Shown: in pieces, positions 22,572 to 35,570 of the stretch | Layout: every line of letters starts with the position of its first letter | Numbering within the stretch: position 1 is the first letter of the stretch | Assembly: GCF_001194135.2 (NCBI RefSeq) | Contig: NC_068982.1 | Location: 43,332,430 to 43,370,609, forward strand | From: Octopus bimaculoides | Lineage: Eukaryota | Direction: 5' to 3' | DNA length: 38,180 nt | The notes under the pieces: generated by a model | Seen by the model: the letters and a program-made list of their open reading frames with translations, nothing else | Told to the model about the DNA's origin: nothing | Databases searched by the model: none | Translations under genes and position numbers: made by a program

Positions 22572-22916
22572 TACACACACCAGGTCATACAAGAATAGGG
22601 TATAATGATAATATCCCAGAGCAAACTCGTTGACAAGATAAAATTATGTTGGCATTTTAGCTTCTTGAGTGATATCAAGTTTAAAGCATATAGCAAATCT
22701 GACTTGAAGTAGAACTGCCATGCCAGGTCATCTTACTGACCCTCATCCCTCTCTTTTTAGCTATTTCGCCTGAACAAGAGATGTGTGTAGCAACTGTATC
22801 TTTGTATTGTTAAAAGCGATTAAGCTGCATGTTCCTGTTAGTTATTTTCAAGATATCTCTTTATGAAGTCATTACAGGTCTAACGTGATATGTCCAGTTT
22901 GAGTGTAAGTGGCGTT

Positions 22917-22974
22917 GGTTAATGAATAAAGAATAGTAATAACTTAAGGTTAATGAATAAAGAATAGTAATAAC
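22917..22974 (+). repeat. Tandem duplication of 27-bp GGTTAATGAATAAAGAATAGTAATAAC
   Basis: Two identical copies 31 bp apart. Confidence 0.85.
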
Positions 22975-23570
22975 ACTTACCAACGAATAACTATAAGTAT
23001 TGTTGTTGTTGTTTTTTTGTGAACAGAATCTTAAGGCACACTAGAATAGATAAGGTATGAGTGGCAGAGAGTACTTCCGTATATGCTGCTGATAGTAAGT
23101 TGTCTTCGATCTAAGAAATGAAGATCGAAAGTAGCCAAATAGACTGCAGGTTAGCGGGTAGATTATTGTACTAGACATGGTATTTGTAACTGCATTACTT
23201 TCAGTAAAGCTATGACGATCGAAAGAAATGGAGCGTGATGCATAAGTGTAAGACAGGAGTAAATCTGAGAGAACGGAAACTGTACAAGTGGTTACTGAAG
23301 AGATAGAAAAACTGAATGTGTTTCTACCATATTTGAGACTTTGATAGAGAGAACGTTAAAGAGAAAGTGGATAGGATCAAAGAAAGTACCCTACATAGAA
23401 ATGGGATTTAATGTAGCGTGTTTCAATAGTTTGAGCAGAACTTCTAGAGATAAGGACAAATTATAGAGTTTGACAATAAGGGGAAGCTAGATATGAAATG
23501 AACGCTTTAAAATGATTCTAGAAACACTGTCGTGACCTCTCTTTTTTAGGGTTGTTGCATGAACACCACA

Positions 23571-23959
23571 TGGAGGCGCAATGGCCCAGTGGTTAGGGCA
23601 GCGGACTCGCGGTCATAGGATCGCGGTTTCGATTCCCAGACCGGGCGTTGTGAGTGTTTATTGAGCGAAAACACCTAAAGCTCCACGAGGCTCCGGCAGG
23701 GGATGGTGGCGAACCCTGCTGTACTCTTTCACCACAACTTTCTCTCACTCTTACTTCCTGTTTCTGTTGTGCCTGTAATTCAAAGGGTCAGCCTTGTCAC
23801 ACTGTGTCACGCTGAATATCCCTGAGAACTACGTTAAGGGTACACGTGTCTGTGGAGTGCTCAGCCACTTGCACGTTAATTTCACGAGCAGGCTGTTCCG
23901 TTGATCGGATCAACTGGAACCCTCGTCGTCGTAACCGACGGAGTGCCAACAACAACAAA
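23571..23959 (+). mobile_element. tRNA-derived SINE, family A, full length with TSD
   Basis: Complete head to (AAC)n tail. 14-bp TSD GCATGAACACC(A/G)CA at 23557-23570 and 23960-23973. Confidence 0.95.
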
Positions 23960-25064
23960 GCATGAACACCGCAGTAAGATAAATGTAGTAGAGTGGGAGG
24001 ATCTTGAAGAGGGTTCACTTTAGTATAGGAACCAAAGATTTCTGAAATGTTTCTGGAAATCTTTTTAAGAAGAAATCAAGATGCTATATGGCAATTAGGA
24101 AGCTGAAAGGATTTTGCAATATTCATTGCCTCGTTGATGGTCTTACAGTTGTTGCGTAACCCTAAATTAGTCCTGATCGAGTAAACCAAGGATCTACAAT
24201 GCCGTTTTCTTTTTTATATATCTGGGACTACATTATCCAATAAATCTTTAATTATTTAAGGTGTATTTGGTTACTATTTTTTTGCTAGTGAGAAACTGCC
24301 TAGAGACTGTCTCGTTGCGATAGTTGGTAAATTACTCTTAATAGTGGTGCTGGGTGACTTCCAGAAGTTGAAGGCGTCTACAGCACATTCACGAGAGAAA
24401 GACAAAGAGAACTTCAGTTTATAGGTTTTGGTCATGTGAATGATATACAGAGTATAATACCAAGGAAGTTCATTTTCGTTATTTGTTCTGTTTAATTGTA
24501 CTATGTGTTCACGCGTAACACATCGTGTGTTTGTACTTAAGACAGTGTTAAATATTTTAATCGTGTCGCTAATGGTCGTTCAGTTGGTAAATTAGTTTTG
24601 CTATTACCTTTAAGTTTTGGCTTGTATTTCTTATAAATAGCACTTTTTCGTATGAATTCTCTTCATGTACAGAAAGATGGACTATCAATGAACAGTGAAA
24701 CATGTCAGGGCATTCTTCTTTATTTTCCTTTGTGCGAAGAGAATAACGAAATATAATCATATCCATTTAAGCTTCACAGCAATGGCCTTTTTTAATCGAC
24801 TGTGATTCAGCTATTATATGCATACATATGAGTGTGTGTGCATGATTGGATATATGTATGTAAAAATATGTGTAATATATATATATATATATATATACAT
24901 ATACACATACATGTGAGTGGGGGGGGGAAGCTTTCTTTTTATATAAAATTATATACAAAAAACAGTTGAACTCTAAACTGAAGGATCACTCAGAACTTTT
25001 TAGCGGAGTACCGTATTTATAAATTTTTACAAACTTCGAACTCGCTGTCAAGCATTTCGCTATC

Positions 25065-25065
<1 letters not shown>

Positions 25066-25128
<63 letters not shown>

Positions 25129-25160
25129 CACATGTGTGTGTGTGTGTGTGTGTGTGTATG
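25066..25160 (+). repeat. (CA)n followed by (TG)n (self-complementary microsatellite)
   Basis: Direct reading. Confidence 0.9.
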
Positions 25161-26104
25161 TATATATACTTCATGCACGAATTTCACAAAATCAAATAAG
25201 AAAATATGCAAGAGATTAATATAAAAGCTAGAAGCCGGTGTAGTGGACGAAATATGGGCTATTTGGCAGTGATAGGGTGTAAACATTGGATTTTGTGACA
25301 AGATTCTCTCTGCAGTATGTTTTTTAGGGCAGCTCTTGCCGTCAAGTAAAGATAAGGCAAATACTGACAGACAGATGGCACCGAAACTTCGTCACCCTGT
25401 CGTGTAACTAAATTTTTTTTTTCTCACCAGAACTTACTCCTCCGGCTATTCCCATGTTAGTAATTCCTTGGCATCGTGTAACGAAAGTTGAATAACAGAA
25501 TAGACATATATATACAGAAAAGGAGTGAGATATATATACACTTGCACACGTGTATATCACACTACGTAAAATGCACAGGGTACAAACCACAGTAACATAC
25601 ATACATACATACATACTTACACACACACATATTTACTTTCATTCATANNNNNNNNNNNNNNNNNNNNNNNNNNNNNNNNNNNNNNNNNNNNNNNNNNNNN
25701 NNNNNNNNNNNNNNNNNNNNNNNNNNNNNNNNNNNNNNNNNNNNNNNNNNNNNNNNNNNNNNNNNNNNNNNNNNNNNNNATATATATATAATATATATAT
25801 ATATATATGTACATATATATGTACATATAATGGTCCTCTTCCATCATAGTCGAGAACATTCCCATCAAAGCTTCCGCCTAATACAAGCACAACTATGACT
25901 ATGTAACCTGTATTATTGCTGAGATTTTATTCAAAACAAATAACGAAGGAAACATTTATAAAGATTTGCTACAAAATCAATAAGTATTTTACTCTGATTA
26001 CACTAGTAGTGGTTTTCTGCTAATCGCAAAATTATATTTATGCATTTGATTCCCAATTTATTTAGTATTACTATGTTTCGTTGAATTTTCCTTTGTATCC
26101 TGTA

Positions 26105-26184
26105 ACTGTTCTCGCTCGCTCAGTAAATAAATTGTACTCACTCGCTCAGTAAATATTATAACTGTATTCACCCGCTCAGTATAT
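26105..26184 (+). repeat. Three copies of a 24-bp motif (A.TGT..TC.C.CGCTCAGTA.AT)
   Basis: Copies at 26105, 26131 and 26161. Confidence 0.7.
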
Positions 26185-26461
26185 AAAATTTTGGAATAAC
26201 TACAGAAATGTGCCTCCACCCCAACTTTGTTTCCTAATAACTTTCTGGGAAATAGATATTTTTTTATAAAATTTTATACAAATACCTTTCAGATGGTGTT
26301 GAGAAATTTCGGATAATTCACACACCAAGACTTTCTTACCTCATATTTTCTACAAATATTTTTCAGGTGGTAGGGGCGGTTATTTCACGCATCTCGAGTT
26401 TGCTTCCTCATATGATCTTGGGTAGGTTTAAAATAGAGATATTAAGACTGCGATAAATTAA

Positions 26462-26670
26462 TGGTTTCAAAATTTGGCACAAGGCCAGTAATTTTAGGGG
26501 AGGAGGTAAGTCGATTGCATCGAGCCAGGTATTCAACTGGTTCTTATTTTATCGACCTTGAAAAGATGAAAAAGCAAAATTGACCATGGCGGAGTTTGAA
26601 CTCAGAAAGTAAAGACGGATGAAATGCCAGTAAACATTTTGCCTGGTGTGCTAACGATTCTGCTTGCTTG
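26462..26670 (-). mobile_element. SINE family B (diverged)
   Basis: GGTTTCAAAATTTGGCACAAGGCCAG...TTTGAACTCAGAAAGTAAAGACGG. Confidence 0.85.
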
Positions 26671-27684
26671 GTGTAGTAAAATAATTAATAAAAATACGTA
26701 TTTAATAATTAATGTTAGTATTGTACTCACCTTTCTACAAAGATTTCTTTCGGAGAATTTTCAGTAAAGGATGGAATAGTTCTCAAGTTTTTTTTTTTTT
26801 TAATGAGGAAACAAAGTCGAGATGCGTGAAATATCATTCCATGCACTCCAGTAATTTTTTTTTTTTTTCAACACTAAATTCCGATATAATCGTAATCTGC
26901 ATAGTCTGAAACGTATTTGTTGAAAATTACATGAAAAATATCCACTTTTTAGAAAGTTATGAAAGAAAAAAATTCGTGCCGCGGAACACTTCTGTAGTTA
27001 CGTCGAAGTATAACCAGATACTTAAAAGGCGTTATTTTGCAATGTAAGACGTCACAGTGAATAAAGATTTGTCTTGTGACTGAATCATGAGGTTGAAACC
27101 TTCAATAATAAAACCACACATTGATAAAAATAGTAAAAACATTTTATTAAATATTCATTAAAAATGGAACTAAGAAGACTTTTTAGATAGGGTGGACTAA
27201 TAATTGCTTTCTTTTACTAAAAGTTACATACTCTTAACTAACTGATAAGCAGCTTTCTGTATAATAGTATAGATATTCCCAGATGCATCTGCAGCAATTG
27301 GCGTTAGTTACGTAGTAACTTCTTTCGAATCCCAGCTTCGTTATTAAAATTTATCAGTCTCTTTGAATTAGACATTAATTTCTTATATTTAGCGTGCTTC
27401 TTAATCTTTTGTGTTAATATACTGTATTTCCTCCTATGTATTTATTAAAACCTACAAGAGATATATCTTTTTAGTGATTATTACAGTATTAGTGACTTCA
27501 CGCCTTCTGTCCAGCTAAATATGATCTGTCAGCGTTCTTACTGTTGCTTTTGTCATTTTTGTTTAATCCAGTGTGCCAACATCCGAAATGACTAGTTCAT
27601 CTCAATTTCAGATTTTATTATGAGGTAAATTTAGCTGTTATTTTTAGCACGTCGAGTGACCACTTTGGATCTTCCTCTTTGGTA

Positions 27685-28201
27685 GAGATGGTGTGTTCTA
27701 AACACAGCCATTCATTTTCTTGTTTTTTTCCTGTTTCTCACAATTTTTTTTTATAATTATATCAAAGTCAAATCATTTAAACGATTGCATTAACATTATG
27801 CGTTTACGTATTACGTCTTTTTCTCTTGGCATTCACTTCTGTTTTTCTTAGAATTTTGTTCTGCTTTTCTTGGAACTTATCTCTGTCATGTGTACCAGTC
27901 GACACTGTCAGTAATATTCTTGCTTGCTTTTCTTTTTCATTCTAAAATATTGTGTCACGTTGAGTTAATTGATTCTTAGATACTTGTAGGGTTGTTAGTT
28001 TTCTAAAATCCTAACTTCACATACATTATATTTCTTCATAAGCTTTCATCTCTTGAGTGTAGCCTTTGCACATTTTTCTGTTGTAAGTTTCATACAGTTA
28101 TCCTTGCTAAAACTCTGTGCTATTCATTACAAGTTGACTAACTGGTTATCATCTTTGATAAGATATTTTTAAAGTTAGCTGTGCATAAGTGGATGACATT
28201 T
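27685..28201 (-). mobile_element. RLE-type (R4-like) LINE RT fragment, decayed
   Basis: Minus frames: KDDNQLVNL**IAQSFSKDNCMKLTTEKCAKATLKR*KL...QPYKYLRIN...KTRK..HH, resembling KND.QL..L...V..FS.DI.M.FGLDKCAKATFKRGKL...YKYLGI. Confidence 0.7.
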
Positions 28202-28670
28202 GATCACAACTGCTATGGTTTAACATAGGAGGTTGAGATGTTAAGATCAAACAGAGGAATGGAGAAGAACGGATGTGATGCTGGAACATTATTCGGTTAA
28301 TGAGGATTTTTTTTTTACAGATAGGTAATTGCTTTCCTTATTACAATGTATCTAATAGCAGTTAAATTACCCGTACTGCAACATATCTTAGTGTAATATT
28401 ATCGACTGATTTCTTTTTATAGTTTGTCCAAGTAAATGTTTTCCTATATTCAGTTATGACTTAATTTACCAATAGTGGATCTCTAAAGCATAAAAGAAAA
28501 ACACTTGTCACTACTTTTTGTTTACCTGATAATAAGCCGAAATGCGCGTTACAATCAATCTGTAATTCTGAGGTTTTTTCTTCGTATTGTCAAAAACTGG
28601 TATTTATTTATTTATTTATTTTTAGCTTTCCTTCCCTTTGTAAGCGAATGCAGTATTTGACTCTGGTTTT

Positions 28671-28868
28671 ATAATAATCCTTTCTACAAGGCCTGAAATT
28701 CTGAGGGTGGGAGGGAGCTAGTCGATTACATTGACCCTAGTGCTCAACTGGTTCTTATTCGTTCGACTCCGAAAGGATGAAAAGTCGACCTCGGCGGATA
28801 GAACGTGAAGACGGACGAAATGCTGCTAAGCATTTTGCCCAGCGTGATAATGATTCTGCCAGCTCCCT
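28671..28868 (-). mobile_element. SINE family B (with internal deletions)
   Basis: GTCGATTACATTGACCCTAGTGCTCAACTGG...GACGGACGAAATGCTGCTAAGC. Confidence 0.8.
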
Positions 28869-30294
28869 GTCTTCTCTGGTTTCATAACAATGATACTGAA
28901 AAATTTTCAAGAGGTTTTCTTGTTCGAACTGATTGTTTTACTAAAACAAGAATTAAATCTTTAGAAATTCTCTGCTTTTCTCTTGTTGTCTATTTGATGT
29001 TATATTGTATTCTTAAATATTTGGTGCTGTTTCCTTTATCTTACTTTCGTCTTTTCTCTCCTAATTTCACAAAAAAAAAATAAAACGATAATGATAAAAT
29101 CCACGCAGCAACATGAAGCGGTGCACTGCAAAATAGAAATATCTTTCATATAGAATTACAAACGCAGATCTAGGATGTGGGCCTAGAAGACACGATTGGC
29201 TGTAATAGGCCAAGATATATATAGGACTCAATGTAAACAGATTTTGTTCTAGAAGTAAATGCTAAAAACCAACAAAAGCCGTTAAAGACTGATAAAATCA
29301 TTAAAAACATTAAAATCTACACAGCAAGCTAAATACTTTTAATAAATAGGTTTCAAGATTAAAGACCTTAAAGATTAAGCCAAGACATATCACATATTAT
29401 CTCAAGCCAATCTTTGGCAATATTCTCGAGCTACCTCTATCGTTTTACTTAAGAAAAATCCCTTCTTGGCCTTTTTGGCAAGGATCAAAACTGTAGTATC
29501 GTTTTATATAAGGAATACTTACTTTGAAATGTTGCACAGATTTTACTGTAATTGACTTATATTTTCATTTTATCTTTTATTTTGTCTTTTTATTTATTTT
29601 TAATTTTATACGCAGTCTTTCTAGATGGTGGTGGCTGTGGGTAAAATAGGAGTTGGGTGGTGGATTTGCAGAATTTAAAGGTGACGTGAAAGTAACTGCA
29701 GTATTTAGTTACGAGCCATTAGGTTCTAATTTCAAATCATACCTTGATAACCTTTGCCATTCATCCTTCCGGTGTTAATAAAATTAGGTACCTGTTAAGT
29801 AGCAGGATCGGTGTAATATGTCTATAAAGTAACTTAGATGTAAAGAAATTGTAAGACAAGCTTCGTTGAGGATTGAATCTGCTTCTATCGAATAGCTGTT
29901 TATGTATTTTAAGGTTTGGGAAATGATTTGCGCTTAATTTTCTTTTCTTATAGTTTTCCATGTATAATATGGAGAAAATGTGGCTGCTATTTCTTGCTGG
30001 TCGAGAGACAAGGTAGAGGCTCTTTTTCTGGCTCAAATATACAAAATTCTGCCATTACTAACGATCGTTTGTAATTTTATCCTTCTTTGTAATTATTTAG
30101 TATATAGTAATGTGTGTTTTAGTTTTGTGTCACAGGTGCATTTGAGTGTTTCGGTACCGTTGTTTATACCAATTTGTTTTTCTTTGTAGCATAGAAACAA
30201 AATTACTCGATTTGTTTGCATGTATTTAAGAATGCCAGACGAAACATGTTTGTTCGTCTCAAACCACCACCACCAACAACAACAACAATAATAA

Positions 30295-30479
30295 TGGTTT
30301 CAAATTTTGCTACAAGGATAACCATTTTGGGGGAGGGAATGAATCGATTACATCAACTCCAGTGTCTCAAGGGTACTTAATTTATCGACCCTAAAAGAAT
30401 GAAAGGCAAAGTCGACCTCGGCGGAATACCGCTATGCATTTCGTCCGGCATGCGAACGATTCTGTCAGCTCGCCGCCTT
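30295..30479 (-). mobile_element. SINE family B (B-box region deleted)
   Basis: Tail next to an (AAC/AAT)n run; head CAGCTCGCCGCC. Confidence 0.82.
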
Positions 30480-30550
30480 GATAATAAATGATGATGATGA
30501 GGAGGAGGAGGAGGAGGATAACAATGATAATAATAATAATAATAATAATA

Positions 30551-31155
30551 TCTACGTGCTGACACTGATCGCCTATACATGAAGAGAGCAAATAGAGGAA
30601 GAGGACTGATAAGTGTGGAAGACTGCGTGCGTATCGAACTCGAGAGCCTAATGAGATACCTAACCCAAAGTAGGAAAACCTTGATAGCGACAGTTGGGAA
30701 TGAGAGAGTATTGAAAGCAGAGAAAAAAGAAAAAAACAAAGAGCATGAATAAGAATTATGCAAGATGGGACTACACAATCAATTCCATGTAGTCACAACA
30801 GAAGCTGTTGGTAAAAATAGGTGGGATTGGCTGATGAAAGGAACACTAAAAGAAAAAAAAAAAAAAGACCGAGAGCACTATACTGGCAGCGCAAGACCAA
30901 GCTTTGGTCACGAACTGGAGGGTCAACTTTAGGATTGTGCAAGTGCGAAAAGTGGGGGCTTGAGAGAGGCAAGACGTGGTATGAACACAATCCCCAGAGA
31001 GTGGCGGAGTCGGAGAGTAGCAAAATCCTCTGGGATTTCCCAATCCAAACAGATCAGGTACAAGAGCATAACAGACTGACCTTGTGGTGGTGGGCAAGGT
31101 GCACTACATATGCTATATAGTTGATGTTGCATGCCCCTTTGTTGCATGCCCCTTC
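30551..31155 (+). mobile_element. R4/Dong-like LINE fragment A (post-RT region + partial RLE, internal deletion)
   Basis: RADTDRLYMKRANRGRGLISVEDCV...WDWLMKGTLK..TESTILAAQDQAL / WYEHNPQRV..KILWDFPIQTD..HNR.DLVVV..IVDVACPF. Starts immediately after an (AAT)n run. Confidence 0.85.
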
Positions 31156-32364
31156 AAAAAAGGGTGAAGATGGTGTTAAAATTCAACCTGAATGCCAAAA
31201 ATTTGATTACTGCAATGAATATTTGGGCAGTTGCGGTGGTCAGATACAGTGCATGCATCCCCAAATGGACTAAGGAGGAAACATCAATACTGGATAGAAG
31301 AACGAGAAAGTTGATGACGCTGCATGGGGCGCTACACCCTAATGCAAACGTAAACGGAATTTATATTAAAAAAAAAGAATGGTAACTGAGGATTAATTGG
31401 TATAGACTATTGTATAAGGAGTAAAATGAGAACGCTTGCCGAGTATTTGATAAATAGTGATGAAGACCTGCTGCAATATGCCGCGAAAGATAATGGTGTA
31501 AATGCAGATGAAATGATGAGCAAGGAAGAGTTTAACCAAAGAGCTGTGGAGAAGAGAAAAGAAGACCTTCTTGACATGAGAATGCATGGACAGTTTGAAA
31601 GGAATACACAGGATGTTAAGGACAATACAGCATCGTGGGCATGGCTTGAGCGAGGTGATTTGAAGCGTACCATCGAAAGCCTGATCATTGCTGCACAAGA
31701 CTAGGCTCTCGCTACCAACTCAGCGAAGTATACATCTATAAAACTTCTAACACCCATAAATGCAGACTCTGTGTGAAGGGTGTGGAAAATGTGACCCACT
31801 TGGTAATTGGATGTAAGAACCTTGCACAAAAATAATACAAGCGTGTGTGTATCTTTATTGGCTCTTATGTCTTATGATGGAAAAGTAACGATACTCTGAG
31901 ACTGTGATTTTCAGACGGATCGTGTGATCGAACACCGTCGGCTGGATAATGTGATATTGAATAAGAGCGATAAATACTGTCAGATCGTTGATGTAGCCAT
32001 ACCAAATGACATGAATGTTGTGAGTAAAGCGGTTGAAAAAATCACCAAGTACTCCGAATTGAAAATGGAAATGGCAAGACTGTATGCAATGCGAGAGGGT
32101 AATGTAAAACCGATACCAGGGATGATAGGAGCGTTGGGCTCAATCCCATTGAAACTTAAAGATTTCTTGAGGCAACTGGAAATCCCATGCAAGACGGATG
32201 TCTTGCAAAAAGCAGCCTTATTGGGCACAGCGCACATCTTAAAGTTTCTGAGCAGGTTTTCGAGGCTTTTGTAGCCACTTCTGCTGTATAGAAGCCCTAA
32301 GCAGTCTTTCCGTGCGTCCAAAATGCTGTTCTAATCCCCCACTAGTACTAAATAATAATAATAA
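31156..32364 (+). mobile_element. R4/Dong-like LINE fragment B (3' half: thumb, CCHC, RLE, 3' UTR, (TAA)n tail)
   Basis: LNAKNLITAMNIWAVAVVRYS..LDRRTRKLMTLHGALHP..WLERGDLKRT.ESLIIAAQD..CRLCVKGVENVTHLVIGC (C-X2-C-X8-H-X4-C)..IEHRRLD..IVDVAIPND..EKITKYSELK..IGALG..LQKAALLGTAHIL. Ends in TAATAATAA at ~32350-32364. Confidence 0.9.
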
Positions 32365-32367
32365 TTA

Positions 32368-32432
32368 GAATAATCAGGTTACCTCCACCCCCGAAATTGC
32401 TGGCCCTGTGCCAAAAATTTAAAACCATTATT
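32368..32432 (+). mobile_element. SINE family B, 3' tail fragment
   Basis: CCCCCGAAATTGCTGGCCCTGTGCCAAAAATTTAAAACC. Confidence 0.7.
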
Positions 32433-32436
32433 ATTG

Positions 32437-32505
32437 ACATCATTATCATCATCATCATCATCATCATTATTATCATCATCATCATCACCATCATCATCAT
32501 CACCG

Positions 32506-32557
<52 letters not shown>

Positions 32558-32616
32558 CATTATCATCACCATCATCATCATCGTCATCATCATCGTCGTC
32601 ATCATCATCATCATCG

Positions 32617-32668
<52 letters not shown>

Positions 32669-32698
32669 TATTATTATTATTATTATCATCATCATCAT
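32437..32698 (+). repeat. (ATC)n trinucleotide microsatellite, ~260 bp
   Basis: Direct reading; source of the poly-D/M/I/S ORFs. Confidence 0.97.
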
Positions 32699-32900
32699 GC
32701 AGCGAGCTAGCAGAATCGTTAACACGCTGGGCAAAATACTTAACAGTATTTCGTCTGTTTTCACATTCAGAGTTCAAATTCGGCCGAGGTCGACTTTACC
32801 TTTAATCCTCTCGAGGTCGATAAAATAAGTACCAGTTAAACACTGGGGTCGATGTAATCGACTTAAACCCTCCCTGAAAATGCTGGCCTGTTAAAATTTG
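32699..32900 (+). mobile_element. SINE family B
   Basis: GCAGCGAGCTAGCAGAATCGTT head, GAGTTCAAATTCGG B-box, core and tail followed by (ATT)n. Confidence 0.88.
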
Positions 32901-32918
32901 TTATTGTTATTGTTATTG

Positions 32919-32952
<34 letters not shown>

Positions 32953-33704
32953 GGGTAATCAAATCCTAAACTGGCCGGCATGTAAGGTTGATAAGACTCA
33001 GCCACCACCACTACCACCACCACCATCATCACAACCATCCCCAACCATACCGCTCTACCATCCTCATAAACGATAGGGAAAAGAAAAATGTCCCAACTAC
33101 ATAGATAACAGCACTGTTTATACACATGCCACAAGAAGGAAAATCGTATTTTATCAAATCACTCCATACGGGCAGCACAAAATAACAATTAAACAAGAAA
33201 ATAAAAAGGGAAAGAAAGAATATGTGGGAGTGAAAGATAGAATAAAAGTGAGGTAGGTGGCGGGAAAGAGGGTACATGGGAGAAATATACTTTTGAACAC
33301 TTAAGATATATTTTACTTCCAAAATATTCCAGTGGGTCCTCAATTTGTTTGACCGTTGGTGAAAGTAACTGTCACATGTCCATTTACACAAACCACTTTA
33401 GATAGCGAATACGAAGCACACGTGTCTACATGTGTATCTAGCGAGGTATCTATGTTTGTGTAAGCAAGTATATGTGTGTNNNNNNNNNNNNNNNNNNNNN
33501 NNNNNNNNNNNNNNNNNNNNNNNNNNNNNNNNNNNNNNNNNNNNNNNNNNNNNNNNNNNNNNNNNNNNNNNNNNNNNNNNNNGCATATGAGTCTGTGTGC
33601 GCGCGCACCTGTGTGTATGCGTATACGTACACGAGCGAACTGTGAATTCCATATCTTGATGATATACTCATTAAAAGTGAATCCTGGCACCAACACGAAG
33701 AGAA

Positions 33705-35131
33705 CGTAAAATATGTGTTCGAAAAAATTGGGGATTATGGTTTTGCTTTGAGTGAAGTAAAGTGTGAATTTTTCTTACCGAAAATAAGATATTTAGGACA
33801 AATCATTGACAGAAATGGACATCGACCAGATCCATCGAGGGCAGACGCAATTAAAAATATGTCACTTCCGACATACATTGCGACCTTACAAGCTTTTTGG
33901 AACTGGCAAATTATTACCAAAATTATATTCCAAATATGCATAAGGTGAGGTTCTACTGAATAATCTGCTTTAAAAAATGTAAAGTGGAATTGGTTGCAAA
34001 AATTGTCAAAGGGCGTTTGACAAAATTAAAAAAATATTAACATCTGATTTGTCGTTAGCACACTTCGATCCTGCAGCGGAGATTGTTGTAGCTTCAGATG
34101 GTTCATGCCTCACGTTCTCTGATATTAGCAGAGAAAAATTGCAGCCAAATTGAAAAAGAGGCTCTAGCGATTACTTTTGCCATAAAAAAAAATTCACAGA
34201 TTTTTACGCTGTAGAAGTTTTCAACTGCCAGTTATTTTACAAGACATGAAATTAAAATCGGAAAACGATCAATTAATTAAAAAATGAAATAGATACTGAA
34301 GTCTAAAAGAGATAAAATATCCGCAACACAAATGTGAACCATTTCTCAATGTGTGACAATGTGTCGATATATACACAAAGAGTCGTAGTGCCAGCCACAC
34401 TACAAAAGCGATTATTAAAGGAATTTCAGATTGGGCACCCAGGGATTTCGAGAATGAAATCGTTAATGTTAAGTTATGTATATTGGCCAACAATGGACCG
34501 TGACATTGAAGAATCAGTGAAAGCATGCAGAAGGTATGCCTTAGCTGCAAAAGCATCTACCACTAAATGGCAGCCGTGGCCAAAAACAGATATTCCATGG
34601 TCCAGACTGCATGTTGATAACGCCGGCCCGCTTAAGGGTACATATTACCTTGTTGTGATGGACCGTATTTCAAAGTGGCCAGAAGTGCATAAATGTAAAA
34701 AGTCGATATCTGCGGTTACAATAAGCTTTTAACACGAATTGTTCGCCAGATATGATATTCTTGATACCATTGTGTCTGATAATGGAACTCAATTTACTTC
34801 AGACGAGTTCAGAAAAGTTTGCAAAATGTTCGTCACCGAACATGTCACCATTCCGCCGTATAATCCTAGGTCAACTGAACCAGCGGAGCGTTTTGTTGAC
34901 ATTTTCAAGAAGACGTTGAAAAAGGCGAACAATGAAGTAATGGACGACCTTGCACTTCAACAATTTCTAAGAGTGTACCAAGTAGCACCTAATCTGAATA
35001 CCCTGACTGGAATGTCACCCGCAGAATTGATGTCTTCTACAAAGGTTAGATCCGTCTTTGATAAGCTGATACCGAGTGAAGATGCAAAAAACGAACAACG
35101 AAAATACTTCAAAACTCTTCAAGTTAGATGA
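33705..35131 (+). mobile_element. Ty3/Gypsy LTR retrotransposon pol remnant (RT end, RNase H, H2C2, rve integrase)
   Basis: KCEFFLPKIRYLGQII, LAHFDP..IVVASD, SQIEKEALAI, GHPGISRMKSL..YVYWPTMDRDIE, PWSRLHVDNAGP, IVSDNGTQFTS, PPYNPRSTEPAERFV. Domain order RT-RH-IN is Gypsy; multiple stops and frameshifts. Confidence 0.92.
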
Positions 35132-35431
35132 CAAAGTAATTTTTAAAACCTATGGATATGGTAAAGGAAGCTGGGAGAATATTGTAATTATTAAACTTAT
35201 TGGAAGAATTCCTGGTAAGGGCAAAAATATCGAAGACATATTAACCAATTTAAAAAAAGACTCACGGAAAAAATAGTCGCGGGGAATGAAATCACCATGG
35301 AGATATTGTACGACACGTTTGAGGTGCCAAAACCCAAACAATTTGAAACTACACGTTCTGGCACCAGAAAACGGAAAAGAACGAAGCATTGGAATTGAAC
35401 ACTAAACGTAAGAGATGTTAAAACTTTGAGC

Positions 35432-35556
35432 GGAGTTTAATTCTCAAAAGGGGAGAAGTTGGGGAGACTAATTCTAGAAGAGGGAGACTAATTCTAAAAG
35501 AGGGAGAGTAATTCTAAAAGGAAACTAATTCTAAACGAGGGAGACTAATTCTAAAG
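35432..35556 (+). repeat. Tandemly multiplied polypurine-tract unit (~20 bp, AGGGAGACTAATTCTAAAAG) x5-6
   Basis: Units at 35461, 35481, 35501, 35521 (short) and 35538, plus a diverged unit at ~35432; downstream of integrase. Confidence 0.8.
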
Positions 35557-35570
35557 ATGGACTGACTCAT

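Noticed and set aside
25431-25496. Acceptor TTTTTTTCTCACCAG followed by ELTPPAIPMLVIPWHRVTKVE*
   Set aside because: Short frame, no recognisable product or partner donor; poly-T tracts are common here.
32348-32828. Poly-Asp/Met/Ile/Ser ORFs
   Set aside because: All are frames of a pure (ATC)n microsatellite flanked by SINE sequence.
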